From: Botryllus schlosseri
Lineage: Eukaryota
DNA length: 64,000 bases
Direction: 5' to 3'
NCBI GenBank assembly: GCA_051294905.1
Contig: CM119372.1
Span: forward strand, 26,724,001-26,788,000
This document shows positions 12,710 to 25,730 of the stretch, piece after piece. The translations under genes and the position numbers were made by a program. Numbering within the stretch: position 1 is the stretch's first letter; each line of letters opens with the position of its first letter. The notes beneath the pieces are model-generated. The model did not search any database. It was not told where the DNA came from and worked only from the letters and a program-made list of their open reading frames with translations.

Positions 12710-13371
12710 TCTTTTTCGCCTGCACCATCGAGATGCTTTGGCGACGGAGTTGCGATACGGCCCCATTTGGTCATCTAGTCTGCGCCCCCGTTTTTTTCTC
12801 CTCCATGCTATCCGTGATTGCTGAGCGCCTAGCAGGATAGCTGCGGATACCAATTTTCGAGTCTTTGGTATGACCCGGCCGGGGATCGAACCCACGACCT
12901 ACCGCTCGAGAAGCCGGACGCATAACCATTATACACCATCTAAAGTCAGAAGTGATACCGCAGTGCGACCAAATATGTTTGAATTGTATTTTTTGTGACT
13001 AATATATTCTCCATGCGTCCTGCATATAACAGTTTCACTTTTTCGCTTCGCGAATAACTACTTTTTGCCTCATTTTTTCTTAAAAATCTGAACTCAGTGT
13101 GCACTTTTTTTAGTTTTGAGAATTGCATGTCAGTATCACCAACTTGTTCCTGATGGTGACTAGAGTAAAACCATAGCACCACTGTCGGTCGGATAATTAT
13201 AATACGGCCTATGATCTTGACATTTGTTGCCTTGCGGGAAGTATTTCTTAAAATAATATCTCAACATTTGTTAGAAAATGTGCTGGGTAGCACAGTTTTT
13301 TTTCAAACTACTCAGAATTGCTTCGCGGGCCAGATGAAATCGTCTGACGGGCCGTATACTCGACACCCCTT
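12316..13371. mobile_element. hAT-type MITE containing a SINE
   Basis: cagg...cccct ends and gcgggcc subterminal motifs. TSD tcctaggc: right copy 13372-13379, left copy split by the Academ-like element. Confidence 0.7.
12658..12940 (-). mobile_element. tRNA-derived SINE with Meta/MESC-like core and (TC)n tail
   Basis: Minus strand has an A-box-like tggtgtataatgg and B box ggttcgatccc, then ggtcataccaaagactcgaaaattggtat...ggcgctcagca. (GA)n at 12658-12703. A second copy lies at 63733-63967. Confidence 0.85.
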
Positions 13372-13679
13372 TCCTAGGCCATCATTTTTCGAGAAATTGA
13401 TAAGTATATGAAAAGTCGCAGTATGTCATACTATAGCGTCTAAAAATTTCCAAATTGTAACTGTGTTGATGACTGCATATCTTTGTTCAGATTATAGAAG
13501 AACCTACAAAAAAACATGACCCATAGTGGAGTCCTTCAACTGCTGCTGAAGATGTGATGAAGCCCTCTTCATTCAGGCGGATGCTGACTGATGATCTCCA
13601 CAAGAAATACTGGATTCTCGTCATTGTCCACATTTACTTTACTTTGTTTACGTGTTCCCGCAACAAATAAACCTGATTC

Positions 13680-14085
13680 AAATTTACTGGTCTCAGGAAC
13701 GTAAAACTGCTGCAAGGGACCAGACAAGTATATTGATATTACAGCAGATTTCTGTTAGCTTTAGTTAGGGAAATTTTCCGTAAAGTTTTCTACGGTCAGC
13801 ATATGTAAAATCAAATTATACGGGGAGAGGTATTTCGAATTTACTAGTCTCATCAGCGTAAAACTCCTGCACTGGACCACACCAGTAATTTGGTCTTACA
13901 GCCGTTTTCCTTTACATCAGGTAACGGGAATTTTCCGTAACAATTTTAACGGTCAGTCTTTGTACAACTAAATTACGGTTAATAATATTTACGGGATTTT
14001 TTTTTCAAATTTACCGGTCTCAGTGTCGTAAAACTGCTGCCAGGACCAGACCAGTAATTTGGCGTAGAAAATTTCGAACCGTGTG
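13680..14085. repeat. About 2.4 diverged tandem copies of a 157-170 bp unit, probably the subterminal array of a DNA transposon end
   Basis: Units start near 13680, 13838 and 14007 (aatttac.ggtctca...cgtaaaact.ctgc...ggacca.acca). The array ends accgtgtg. Confidence 0.7.
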
Positions 14086-14554
14086 GGCTCACCATAGACA
14101 TATGGTAATACAGTAGCCTACTGTGAGGGACTGAATATCTCGTCCACTACATATAATCTTCTAATTAACCCGCAACATCTTAACTGCAGTCACCGAATTC
14201 GTTGACTCTTGTCACGCCATGCAGTGACTTATCCCACCCCTTCACATGCATTTGTCCTGAATTGACTATTCTTTACGATTAACTTTTCACATGGTGTACA
14301 AGACCTTTCATGGTGATATGCAACACTTCATTTTTACCTTCTATATTAATATCAATAATTTACCAATGTTATTGACGAAATTCAGTCATGAATCAGAAGT
14401 TTGAATAATCACCCTACGGGGGTGCAAGACTCAACATTCAGTAAGCGCTGCTCATCCTATGGGGGTCAAAGACCAATGTTTGGGGGAAGGGTCGAAGAGG
14501 TGCTGTATATGTCCTTATTCTGTCTACAACCAACCCTAATATGGTATAGATGCA

Positions 14555-14978
14555 CAGTGGTTATAAACCTTTTGTGACCTCGCGGACTGGTAAATTTCGA
14601 AACAAAAATGTCTCGGACCGGTAAACCTTCAAATATTTATGAGTGTAGTTTACGCAAGGCGAGGCTTGCGAAGTCCTTTTATACACCACTAAATTGATCG
14701 TGATTTTTCGGTATCCTTTGAAACATTAGATGCTGTTTCCCAGGCCTTATTATACTGTTGGTATCGCTTATTTGCACTGTCGGAATTTAACGACGTTTGT
14801 TTGAAAGCTTCCGCAGCTTCCACGTATAGCTTCTCGATAAATTTACAATTCGATGTTTTATTTCCCTCATTAATGGACAAGCGTCCATCTTCACGCATTT
14901 TGGAATTGAGATATGAAATTCCAATATCTGTCGCGGACCGGCAGGAACTTGCCACGGACCGGCGGTTAGGAACCGCTG
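14555..14978. mobile_element. Degraded hAT-type MITE
   Basis: cagtggttataaacc ... ggttaggaaccgctg ends and repeated gcggaccgg. No clean TSD. Confidence 0.6.
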
Positions 14979-16758
14979 CTTGTAGATGGTTGAAGATCCA
15001 AATGTTGAGTAAAGAATTGCGAATTAACGATTGATGCTCGTTTCAAGTATGGCCACATAGGAATAATATTCCTGGCAGTTGAACAAAGAACATGCGTAAC
15101 GTAACGACATGCGTGACTCTTATACAATTGCACTTTACTACATGAACACATGGAGTATCTATTTACTACTTGTGAGTAATTCGTTACGCAATGACGAGCA
15201 AAGCTGATACTCGTGAGGTAATATTGAGCAGTGGAGTTTGCAAATCCTACATTTCTGCGATCTATAACCTTATATAATATTGCACTCCCCCTTCTTCACG
15301 AATAGTCAGTTGTCATATTCCTTTTACACGTAAAAAGTAATCGTTCTTTCACTAAGAAATCGATTACGATTACGATTACTTCGGATTTTGTTCGAATGTA
15401 ATCGAATGAGATTACGATTACTTGAAAATGCTGTAATCGTCGTAATCGATTACGATTACTAATCACGATTACCGCATATCTGCACACCATACCAAGTGAC
15501 GACTCAGGCCACATTATGCCATAATGCTGAAGTACATGCTGAATTTTTAAACGTCGCCAACTAGGGAAATCAAATGCTATAATATTCCCATAAAATCATC
15601 AAGTCGAGATGAGTCCCGTAGGCCGGCTGGATTGTTTACATTATACAAAGATGCATTCTTCATATCAATTTCATTGATTGGTTAAATAAGTATAATTCGC
15701 TGAATATCTACATGTAGTATATATCATTCTTGATGTTGTGTGATTGCTGGTCCAGCTCACAGCAGAGATTCACTAAATATTCTAAAACGGAAAGCTGAAT
15801 ATTTCGAGCTTTGGCAGCAAAGCAAGCGCAAGAGATTGGCAAGGTGCATCTCGCTGAGTATTGATTTCCTTTTATGCGGCCAGCGCCAGCAATAGAGTGG
15901 TCCGAAGTTGAAATGCAACTAATTTCATCTAAAGATGTTATAATGACGTGAATAATTGTAATAAATTAAAAAGGTTTACAGTGCAGAACTTACCATGGCT
16001 CGTTTGTGAACGTGAACCTCTACAATTTTGAGGCTCACACGCAGAACGCGAACGTGAACCTCACGTTCACACCATCCCTAGTAAATAGGCCTATATATTT
16101 CCGTATACTATATGGCTGTTTCTTGTCACTGTAATTGTAATTCTAAAATAATGAAGGAGAAGTGTAAATACTATTTCAATACTATCACGAAATGAAATAA
16201 TTATTTCGGTGAAAATTTGGGAATGAGATCACATTCCTCTTCTATACCACTAGCACCTTAGACCGAACCGAATCAATAATTCAAATCCGATGTCTCAACA
16301 ATACTGTTCCAGTCATTCTGAAAATTAAAAAAAAAAAAAACAGTAAATCAAAGTCAACCATGAAGATTACTCAAATGGTATAGGAATAATGAATTAGTTC
16401 AATTAGAGAGAATAAGAGCATTAGTCAGCACCAATAGTCCAGTCACACAGTCGACTCCATTTAATTTGGACAGTTTGGTTCCTCTTACCTTTGCCTATGT
16501 TAAGCTGACATACGGCTTTGTCAGAGTTAAGCGGAAAACCAATTGTGCGTAAAGGCACACAGTGCATGCAACATTCGAGATTGTTGCAGTACAACTGAAG
16601 CTACGTTATACTGCAGTAATGCAAGGAATAAATCGTATTCAATGTAAACCAGTGGTTACTAACTTTTTTCGACTCATCGTCCCGTTATCATGCTCGACGC
16701 AAACTCCCCCTCCCTCCCTCCCTCTCTCCCTCCCTCATTTACAGGAATAGGTAGAGAG

Positions 16759-17208
16759 CAGAGGTGGTCAGTAACGAAGTACTTCTACTTTTTGAAGTAC
16801 TTGAAGTAGATTTTGCCTACTCACACTACTTTTTAAGTAGTTACGATTTTAGACTACTTCTACTTCTACTTGACAGTTTTCAGTTTTGTAGGCAAAAATA
16901 AGTCTAGAATACCTACTTACTTACTTACTTACTTGTGAACCACCACTCCTACTTCTACTTGAGTAGAAATTCCAGCGTTACTTCTATTTCGAAGGTTTAT
17001 TGCTTATAAAGGCCTAGTGCAGTATACAGTGCTGTGCTAGCTCGGTCACAGGCCCTCCTAACACACATGTAAATGACTATAGTCCTAAGCATGCCTTATT
17101 CGCTTTCGTTTTGCAAGAGCATGGGAAAAGCTTTACCCATAATTCGCTTCGGAGCCTTCGGGGCTTCGTCACCCTTTCGGGCGATGGTGACTACTTTGAC
17201 CACCTCTA
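16759..17208. mobile_element. MITE with (CTACTT)n subterminal repeats
   Basis: TIR cagaggtggtca/tgaccacctcta and 8-bp TSD gtagagag (16751-16758, 17209-17216). Same family as 25731-27013. Confidence 0.85.
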
Positions 17209-20052
17209 GTAGAGAGGCCATATAAACGGGAAATTTTGAACAACTGAACACTAATCGCTGGTGAATTGACTCAAAACGTCATTTCTTCGACATGACTCTC
17301 GGAAGATCCGTGTCCACGTATAATCAGTGAGAGTTTACCTTTTTTCAGTCAACTTTCGAGGCAAATCCAGACCAACCCGTTTTTCACGTGCATTTCGTGT
17401 CGGTTGGTTAAATATAGCAGTTCTAACATTTTCGCACCCGCATCGCCCCCTTCGTACGCTTTCCCACCCCAATCGCACCCTTCTTTATTTCGGCCTCCTG
17501 TTTCTCAAATTCACCCACTGGGGGGCGATATCGCCCGTGAAAACCACTAATGTAAACTATATGTCCAAAGCATAACGACGAATAGAATATTGATGGACTT
17601 ATCAACGTATTGTACTTCAATAGCTGTTAAGTCAATTAGACATCTGTGGCCGATCAAATTTGTCAACAAACTCGGCATGTCGGACGTAAAAACCCTCAGT
17701 AAAGACTTCACGATCATCAGCTAGATTGGAATGCAGCTTTGTCTTGGTAATGTTCTTGGTCGAAAAATGTTTCGATACAATAAGCAAGTAGCGGGAGATT
17801 ACGGCAGGATGTGGCCTCATGTAAGATCGTAAATTGTCTGCGGGTCGTATGTTGATCGCCCCTGCTATAGAACTATTGCGTAACGAAATAATTAGGGATC
17901 GTATTTGACATACCAACTAGGCCCTAGGGTTACCATATTTTGAGATCCGAAAAAGAGGACACTGGTGAATTTTAAAATTTTGTACCAAATTTGGCTAAAA
18001 TAATAAAGGTCATTTTTCTGGCTCGGTCGGGCCGTTACTTGGTCGCAGATTTCCAATATCTCTGCCAATTTCCACGAACATTTAACCAAAATTCTCAAAA
18101 AGAGGACGAATCCTCTTAAAAGAGGGCGTATGGGAGCTCCACATAACAACGCCACAATTGCATTGTTTCCAGCAGCGACAATGGTTATCAGTGGAATTTG
18201 GCTTGTGCAATCAGGCACTTGCTAAACTCGAAATGGCATGACAATGGTATTAGAAACGTAACAAATATTATAATGCATCAATATTTTAACGATAACTTCG
18301 AAAATGAATGAGTCACTAAATATGAGCATGAGTTAAGATATACGGCACTTGGTGAATTCGGTACTTGCTGAATTCGGACCTGAAACTTGGTTGGGTGAAA
18401 TATTACAGGTCAGGGTTTAGCTTATTGGCAGAGGTCGGCAACCTTTTTAGAAAGGGACCCCAATTTGAAGAAAAATGAAAACAGCATTTACACGAGACCC
18501 AATATGTTTCGGCAACCTGCCGCCGGCGAGCCACATCCGACCGGCCCTCTGCATTCGAACGCCATCTCGCGCGCGATGAAATTTTGTGCTGCCCGCATAT
18601 TCGTTCCGCTGAAGCTGTCTCTAAGTCATGACTGTTAATTCAATGAAATCATGGTGGATCATAGGTATACTAACACTATTACCGAATGAAAGTGCGGACG
18701 ATAAGCCGTGTGAAGTGTAGCGAAGTGGCTCCGTCCACTCTGGCGAAACCAATGAGAGAGGGCCCAATACCGATCGAAGTCGGTACCGGAGAAGAATCAA
18801 TTACAATAATTCAATTCAATTACAACTGCTTCCTTGCATGTTTCAATTACGTTACAATTACAATGACTACATGCTAAAAATATCATATTACAATTATAAT
18901 TACAATTACAGAACATGTAATTGATTCGGCAGACAGGTGCTATTTGACAACCGTAGTAACGTAATTAGCAACAATCACAAGCTATTCATGTTTCATTCAT
19001 GATACGTAGAATACCCTTTAATTAAAAAAAAAAACTCGAACGTTTTCGAACTATTCTTAATCATGAGTACTGAGAAATAGTAACGCAGAAGAATTTTTTA
19101 AGCGACTGTTAACAACCAAAAGTTTGAGCGACTGGCAACGACTAACAACGAATAGGCTACAAGATAGGCAATTAAATGTAATCAAACGAATACACAGAGC
19201 TGAATAGGACAAATGAAATTGGTAAGGCGTGAGCGATAAGGATGATACCGATAAGGTGTGTAAAATTGAAATAAATGCAAAAGGAAAGAAGCTCTTGATA
19301 ACTACGAATTACAAAATTTTGTTCGCATTTACATTTTCCCGCGCTCAAAAACTGTTGGATTGCATTTGATGAACATTTGCGAAAAGTTTCTGGCCCCAGT
19401 AAATTTGGCTAAGATTAGGGGTAAGATTGAGAGAACATTTATTCAAATGTTCAATCAAGTTTGATGAAGCCTTGGTTGAAAACTTGAATTTCTTATTGAA
19501 ATTGTTGCAGCAAACCTCAGTACCGGTCAAAGAGTTAACAAAAACTCTGACCGTGGTGTAGGAAATGGTTCCGCATAGGTTTCGGAAAAGTTTATTTGCT
19601 GTTCATCCATTTTTGAAATCTGGAGATTTAGACTACATTGTAATTTGCTAAGTTTTCTGTTTGCTACTGGAGTATGGGAAACTGTTTAGCAGGGTTGTTA
19701 CCCAGTCACTAGTCAATCTCACTTTTATAGCTTTGACGCGACTCAAGCCGAGTCATTTTTAATTCACCACCGATTCAAGTCCGAGTCCAAGTCAGCGAGC
19801 AGAGGGTCGCGTCCGAGTCATGGAATTATGACTCAAGTCCGAATCCAAGTCATTGCTTTGACTTGTTAAAACCACATTTTATAACTTTGTTTGGTGATAT
19901 CGAATGGTTCGCATTTGAAATATACTAATTTTTCTCTCTTTTAACAGTTTCTGGTCGCATTTTCAAGTGGGTGAATACCAAAAGTGTGGTTATTTTACTA
20001 TTCTTCGAAATTACAATGAAATGTTGGTCTTGGCCGTCTGAGACTCGAGTCA

Positions 20053-21400
20053 CTTCTGAATCACGCGATTACGATTACGATTACGATTACAGCAAAATCA
20101 GGAAGTAGTCGATTACGATTACGATTACATTGGAAAAGTAATCACGATTACTCACGATTACATTTATTTTGCTTCTTAGAACTAATCTTACAAGATATAT
20201 TGAAGACAATATAAGGATTGCGTCGAAAAGGCCTAATCAGATAACAACAACTTTCTCAAAAAATGATGCGCTATTTGCTTGTACGTCATAATATACCCAT
20301 TGCACAACTTAATGAGGGACAATTTATCTCATCCAACGATTGCATTCTTGCCAGGTCCTTAACTGCCGCGCCCCAAACTCCCCAATAGGGCGGTGAGAGC
20401 GCTCGAAGGGAACTCAAAAGTCTTTGGTAAAACCAACATAAATTATAAAGTATTTTCGTGAGATGTGATTAACTTGAACATTTTTTTCGGGCTTTGCGAT
20501 TTAAATGTCTCCTGGTAGCTTGATTTTGAAATGCGTACCTCTCACCCTCATGAAAAAAGTATGCATAATTTACAGGAATGGGCATTTCAGTGCCGGTCAT
20601 TACCGAGCCACGACATATATGGTATATATGGTATACCAAAGACAAATGCAGTTTCGGCCAACATGCGACTCCATGAAGTGTATTACTAAAGAAAGGCCTT
20701 GGCCAAAACTTTGAGCATGTGTCCATTGTCAATAGCCGCGCTGGGTGTGTGTGACTAATAATCCTAGCTTTAAAATCCGAGCCCACAATACAAATGCCAC
20801 CCGGGCCACCCACAGAGGAATAAAGACAGGGCAATTATTTGTGCGTGCGTCTCACGAAAGTTTTTCTTTTCGTCATCTACGTTTGGGTGACTGCAATATC
20901 TTTTGATGTTATATATAACAGACCGGAGGTCACGAATTAACAAAATACAATAAAGTATTTACAACAACATGCCAGATATTATAATAATGAATTACGTGCT
21001 CTCAGCTCAGGTAAATCTGACTATCGGAGGGCTGGGAGAGGCTTAGAAATGAATAGTAATATAATGCAATTACTAATATTATTGACGATAAATCAGTCTT
21101 CAACTTGAAAATTTACCACCTTATTAGGGCCCAAGACCAACGTTCGGAGTGCGGGACGAATTGCTGTTTTGGTCCTTATTCTAGCTACAACTCACGCTAT
21201 CATGGCATAAAAGCGGATAGCTATGACAGCAGGTAAAGAATTGCGAAATAACGATTGGCGCCCGTTTAAAGTATAGAGTCATATGAAAATAAGATAAAGT
21301 GACCATAAAATTCTGCCTTCTACTTAATACAGATACTGCACGCTGCCGTTACGAGAAACGGCAAAGAACGGTTCGGTTATGATATATATCAGCAGCTGTT
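20053..21400. mobile_element. Partial inverted copy of the GATTAC-repeat element at 36909-39802
   Basis: Colinear reverse-complement similarity to about 37547-39750. Lacks the 38414-39289 insertion (empty site near 20510). Confidence 0.8.
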
Positions 21401-21879
21401 GATTTTTTAATGCTTCGTTGTGGAAATTGTGATGTTTTATTTGGCGAGTACAAAATTTCAAATCTTTGCTCGGTGTAAGTACGTACTAGGAATGGTGTGA
21501 ACCTCTGAAAGGTTCAGGTTCGTGTGAACGTGAACGTGAGCCTTTTTGAAACGTTCTGTGTGAACACGAACGTGAACCTCATTTGTAATATTATATCGAG
21601 TACATGTTCGAACTGAAGATGTGGTTACCGATAGTTCATTTTCGCATACAGAGTCCTCTACTACTGCAGCAGCACCTCTGCAAACAGAGACGAGTTCAGT
21701 TCCTGGTAACGAATTCAAATTGCTATCAAAATCTCAATGCAACTTTTCGCAGACACCCGAAATGGTATTTCTTTAGACAAAGACTGTCCCTGAAGTGACG
21801 CCAAAGATAGCATTCACCAAGCCAAATGAACGCGTAACACGACGAAACCCTGACTATTTTCCTGCTACGGCTTTCCTTG

Positions 21880-23590
21880 AGTTTTTTTTTTCGCCAAAGA
21901 TTTTGGAACTTATGGTCAATAAGACCAACTAGAATTACTGTAGAAAGCAACGGCTTTGTGATGAGAGGGCGGGAACCGTAGATTCTAGCATAAGGCATCC
22001 TCAAATTCCAGCAGTACGACTAATTGACATAGATCAGAGGCGGGCAACTTTTCCAGTCGGCGGGCCGGATACAGGAAAATGAAGTAGGCTACTTGGCGGG
22101 CCAGATTACTAAACCAACAAAGTAATCGTGTATTTATCCACCTATACAAGGAATAAATCATAAATCATGTGAATTTTAAGTTAAATCATAGAGGCCAAAA
22201 ACGATATCTAATGAATTTATTAACGTAATATACTTCAATAGCTGTTGAAGTCAATGAGATCTGTGGTCGATCAAGGAGTCGACAAGTTCTTTGAACTCTG
22301 GTTGCATGTCGGACGTAGAAAGCCTTGGTAAAGGCTGCACGTGAGCATCAGTTAGACTGGAACGCAGCTGTGTCTTGTTAATGTTCATGGCCGAAAATGT
22401 TTGCTCGCAAATGTGTCTAGACCCGAACAGAACTAGAAGTTTCATGACCACCTTTCCCAGCCGCGAGGCACATTATCATGTAAGACCGAAACCTCTTTGA
22501 GGGTCGCTTAAAATCCCTTCGCGGGCCGTTGTTGCCAGCCCCTGACATGGATCATCGTGGGTGGATGTCACTGTTCAGGAATTGAAGGCAATCCTTGGTA
22601 TTCTGATTGCAATGGGACTGAACTGACCTCGCAAAATAACTATGTATTGGAGGAAGGTTTGTCCATTTCAGCCTTGCCAGGATTCGCAGAAGTAATGTCA
22701 TTGGACAGATTCCGTCTCATCCACAGGGATCTGCTTTGTTCGTAACCAGCAGATGAACATTCGTCAGTGTCTGATCAGCCAACAACATCATATGCGCAAA
22801 CTCAGGCACGTGATAAACTCTGGAAAATTCGAAAATCTATAGAACTGTTTAGACGTATTTGTATGCGGAAATAAAAAGTCGAATGAGACCTCGCAATTGA
22901 TGAATATTTGATACCTTTCAAAGGAGATATATCGTTCAGACAATTCATCAGCTCGAAACGAACTCAATTCGGTATAAAAGTTTGGCCTTTGGCCGAATCG
23001 AGAACGTACGAATATTTAAAAAATTTCGAATTTTATGATGACTGTGAGGCTGTTCCTACAGGCACTCGCACTACATATGGTTTTTCCACGGCAATTGTGC
23101 TGCGGATGAGGGAGGAATATATCGATGTTTGGCCATCGTCTTTCTATAGACAACTTATACTCTACTGTTCAGCTGCTAGAACTTCTGGGAGAAAAGGGCG
23201 TCTACGCGTGCGGCACAGCCCTTCCGAAAAGAAAAGGGTTCCTGAAACAGCTTATTCTGAAAAAAAACTGGGCCCTCTCTAAAGCATAGAGCGGAGACAT
23301 GAATTGGGTGACGTTTGACAACATCTTATGCTACAGCTGGTTTGATAATAAGCCTGTGTACCTTATGTCCTTAATCCATGAACCAGAGGTGAACCCAGTA
23401 GCAACTGCCAGAGGTGGAAATCGGCCGGCAACGGAGATGCTAGAAGTCCCCTATACCACCGGTAAGAGACTATAATTCATATATGGGCGGTATGGACAGC
23501 AATGACCAGATCAGAAAATACTACAACATGATGAGAAAATCGAACATTTGGTATTGTACGAATTTCACAGTCTACATCCAGGAAATTGCT
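21880..23590 (+). pseudogene. piggyBac (PGBD4-like) transposase pseudogene interrupted by a hAT MITE
   Basis: FFSPKILELMVNKTN, WVDVTVQELKAILGILIAMGL, MSLDRF, DKLWKIR, AIDE.LIPFKG, FRQFISSKRTQFGIKVW, IDNLYS, ACGT, WFDNKPV, YNSYMGGMDSNDQ. Many stops and frameshifts. Confidence 0.9.
22035..22544 (-). mobile_element. Charlie/SPIN-type hAT MITE with C-terminal transposase fragment
   Basis: cagaggcgggcaac/gttgccagcccctg ends and TSD acatagat/acatggat. ORF 22251-22451 LFGSRHICEQTFSAMNINKTQLRSSLTD is a hAT dimerisation domain. A related scrap lies at 17630-17800. Confidence 0.88.
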
Positions 23591-23739
23591 GTCCTCAAGG
23601 CCAGAGCAGTACCAGAGCACTGCTGGCAAGAAAATGGTCTAATCGGCGTTCATCGGCCGCGGTCGGCACCGAGATACGCTCAGCATCCTTGCGAGTTACG
23701 ATTATGCATATCGCCACATTTGCGGTTGATGGTATACGC

Positions 23740-24652
23740 CAGGGGTTCTTAAAGTATGGGTCGCGACCCAAACATAAGTCGAAAAAGGCATAAATGTTGG
23801 TCGCGACCGCACTGGAGCGACTTTTTAATATGCATGTAATATTCGACGAATTTTCCGCTTAGCGCGATCTCAAGTGGATACTTCGTTCTTGCCAGTGTTC
23901 ATTCATTGTCTTGGGTAGTATCACCAATAAGCAGGAAACGCAGGGAATGGTTACGACAATATCTCTTGATCATAAATATGTGCGGACCGTTGTATTACAA
24001 AAATTGTTTGATTTACAATAAGAACTGAGGTACCCCATATTTTTTAATGCGCATAATATACACAAATAATTGCAGCCGTATTCGCAATTGGGAAAGAACG
24101 GTATATTCTTGGCATCGCTTAACACCGTCGGAGACCGTTTGGATGCGTTAGTCGATGGGTCGAAATATGCTGCGGGTGCGAGACTATTTGACACAGGCAT
24201 TTCTGGGCTGACCCTTTCCGCACCACAACACATGATGACATGAAGTTTTGGCCAACATACGTTTGGGCCAAGTGCAGCGTGAAAAAGATCGGCGGCGATA
24301 AAACCGTCGCTGGTTGGCCAAAACCCTCAATATTGATATGTCCGGTCGTCGGAATGGTCCTTGCAATCTGAGCCCTGCAGTTTAAATGTGACCCACCAAG
24401 GAAAAATGCACCCCATTTGTAAATACTTGCATCACACATGTTTCATAGATTTGCGTTTTGAACAACTCATTATCTTCACCTTTTATATTTCATACATGCC
24501 AGTGAAACGTAGTATTTAACATTAAAAATGCATATCTTTCCATCAGTGATATCTAGACTAGATAACCCTGATTTCCTTATGCTAGGCTTGAGTGGCGAGA
24601 TGCCAATAATATTAAAAGTTTGGGTCGCGGTGAAAAAGTTTGAGAGCCCCTG
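23740..24652. mobile_element. Degraded hAT (Buster-like) non-autonomous element
   Basis: caggggttcttaaa...tttgagagcccctg ends with gggtcgcg subterminal motifs. Degraded TSD gtatacgc/atctatgc. Confidence 0.65.
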
Positions 24653-25730
24653 ATCTATGCAAACATTGTGTAGATTGTTCAGCGAGAAAGACGGTGGCAC
24701 GGGCGGATGGTATCAAGCTAACAAGCTTTCAGAGTTACATAGTCTGCAAAACTCGTAATGTCACTTTGGTTGAACAAGGACAGAATTGTTTTACTGACTA
24801 TAACGAAAAACGTATTTTGGCTCTAAATAAATTTCATTATAGTTCCTGTACGGGGCAAGATGGTACTTTATCATCATTTTATACACCTTTTTCGTTCAAT
24901 TCTGTAATAAAGTTCATATTCGTTAGTTCATTTGGTCATTGGCTGCAGGATAGTAAAACGTAATAGCTTTAGTGAGATGGAGAGGTTACATTTAGCCAGA
25001 ACAATAGGGCCATTCCCAACCAGTGTTGCGGTCGCTGAACTGCCTATGTGATTCTGTGTAAGCTGTCTTCCCTTGAACTTACAGCGCCGCAAAGTCCTAT
25101 AAGTTTCCCGATGTAAATATACGCGATCTTGAAGTACGGTAGAAAAGTATATTGCTTGAAGTTCCAATTGATCGAATTTCCTTATATCCAAATTATAATA
25201 CGACACAGTAGTAGCACGAATAAGATATTGTCCCAACAAGATCGGTAAATACAGTGGGGGAACGTCCGGTGGGCCAATTACTATTGACAAACTGTACCCT
25301 ATCACAGCTATATCCAGAATATTCCCTTAGACCAGACCAGGAAGTATCGTCAAGCATACGCCATCTAGCGAATACAAGTATGGCTCCTAAATTATTGAAC
25401 CCCCCAAGATTAACATGAAATGCCTACAGTAACAACCAGGACAACAAAAGTTGGAACCACCACATTCCAAAATCTTCTGAAATTTGGTACATGGGTAAAT
25501 GAGTTACTGTCGAACACAATAAAGTTTATTTGAGGAAAATTGAACTCCAGGGTCAAAAGTTACGTCATTTTGAAAATTGACGATTTTCTGCTCATTTTAA
25601 CTCTGCAGCATTCAGGTTTTATCAATGCAAAATTCATAAAGGTGTAAACAGATGTTGGATTACAGTTGAGATTTGGCCTTCGGTTTTCTGGGTAGCTAGT
25701 CTCATGGCCTATTATACCCATGTGGTATTA

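Noticed and set aside
12865..12940. tRNA gene (also 41650-41719 and 63895-63967)
   Set aside because: A and B boxes are present but run into SINE bodies and microsatellite tails, with no acceptor stem or terminator. These are SINE heads.
14140..14400. CR1-type RT fragment on the minus strand (KNEVLHIT)
   Set aside because: A single weak motif among stops, which is not enough support.
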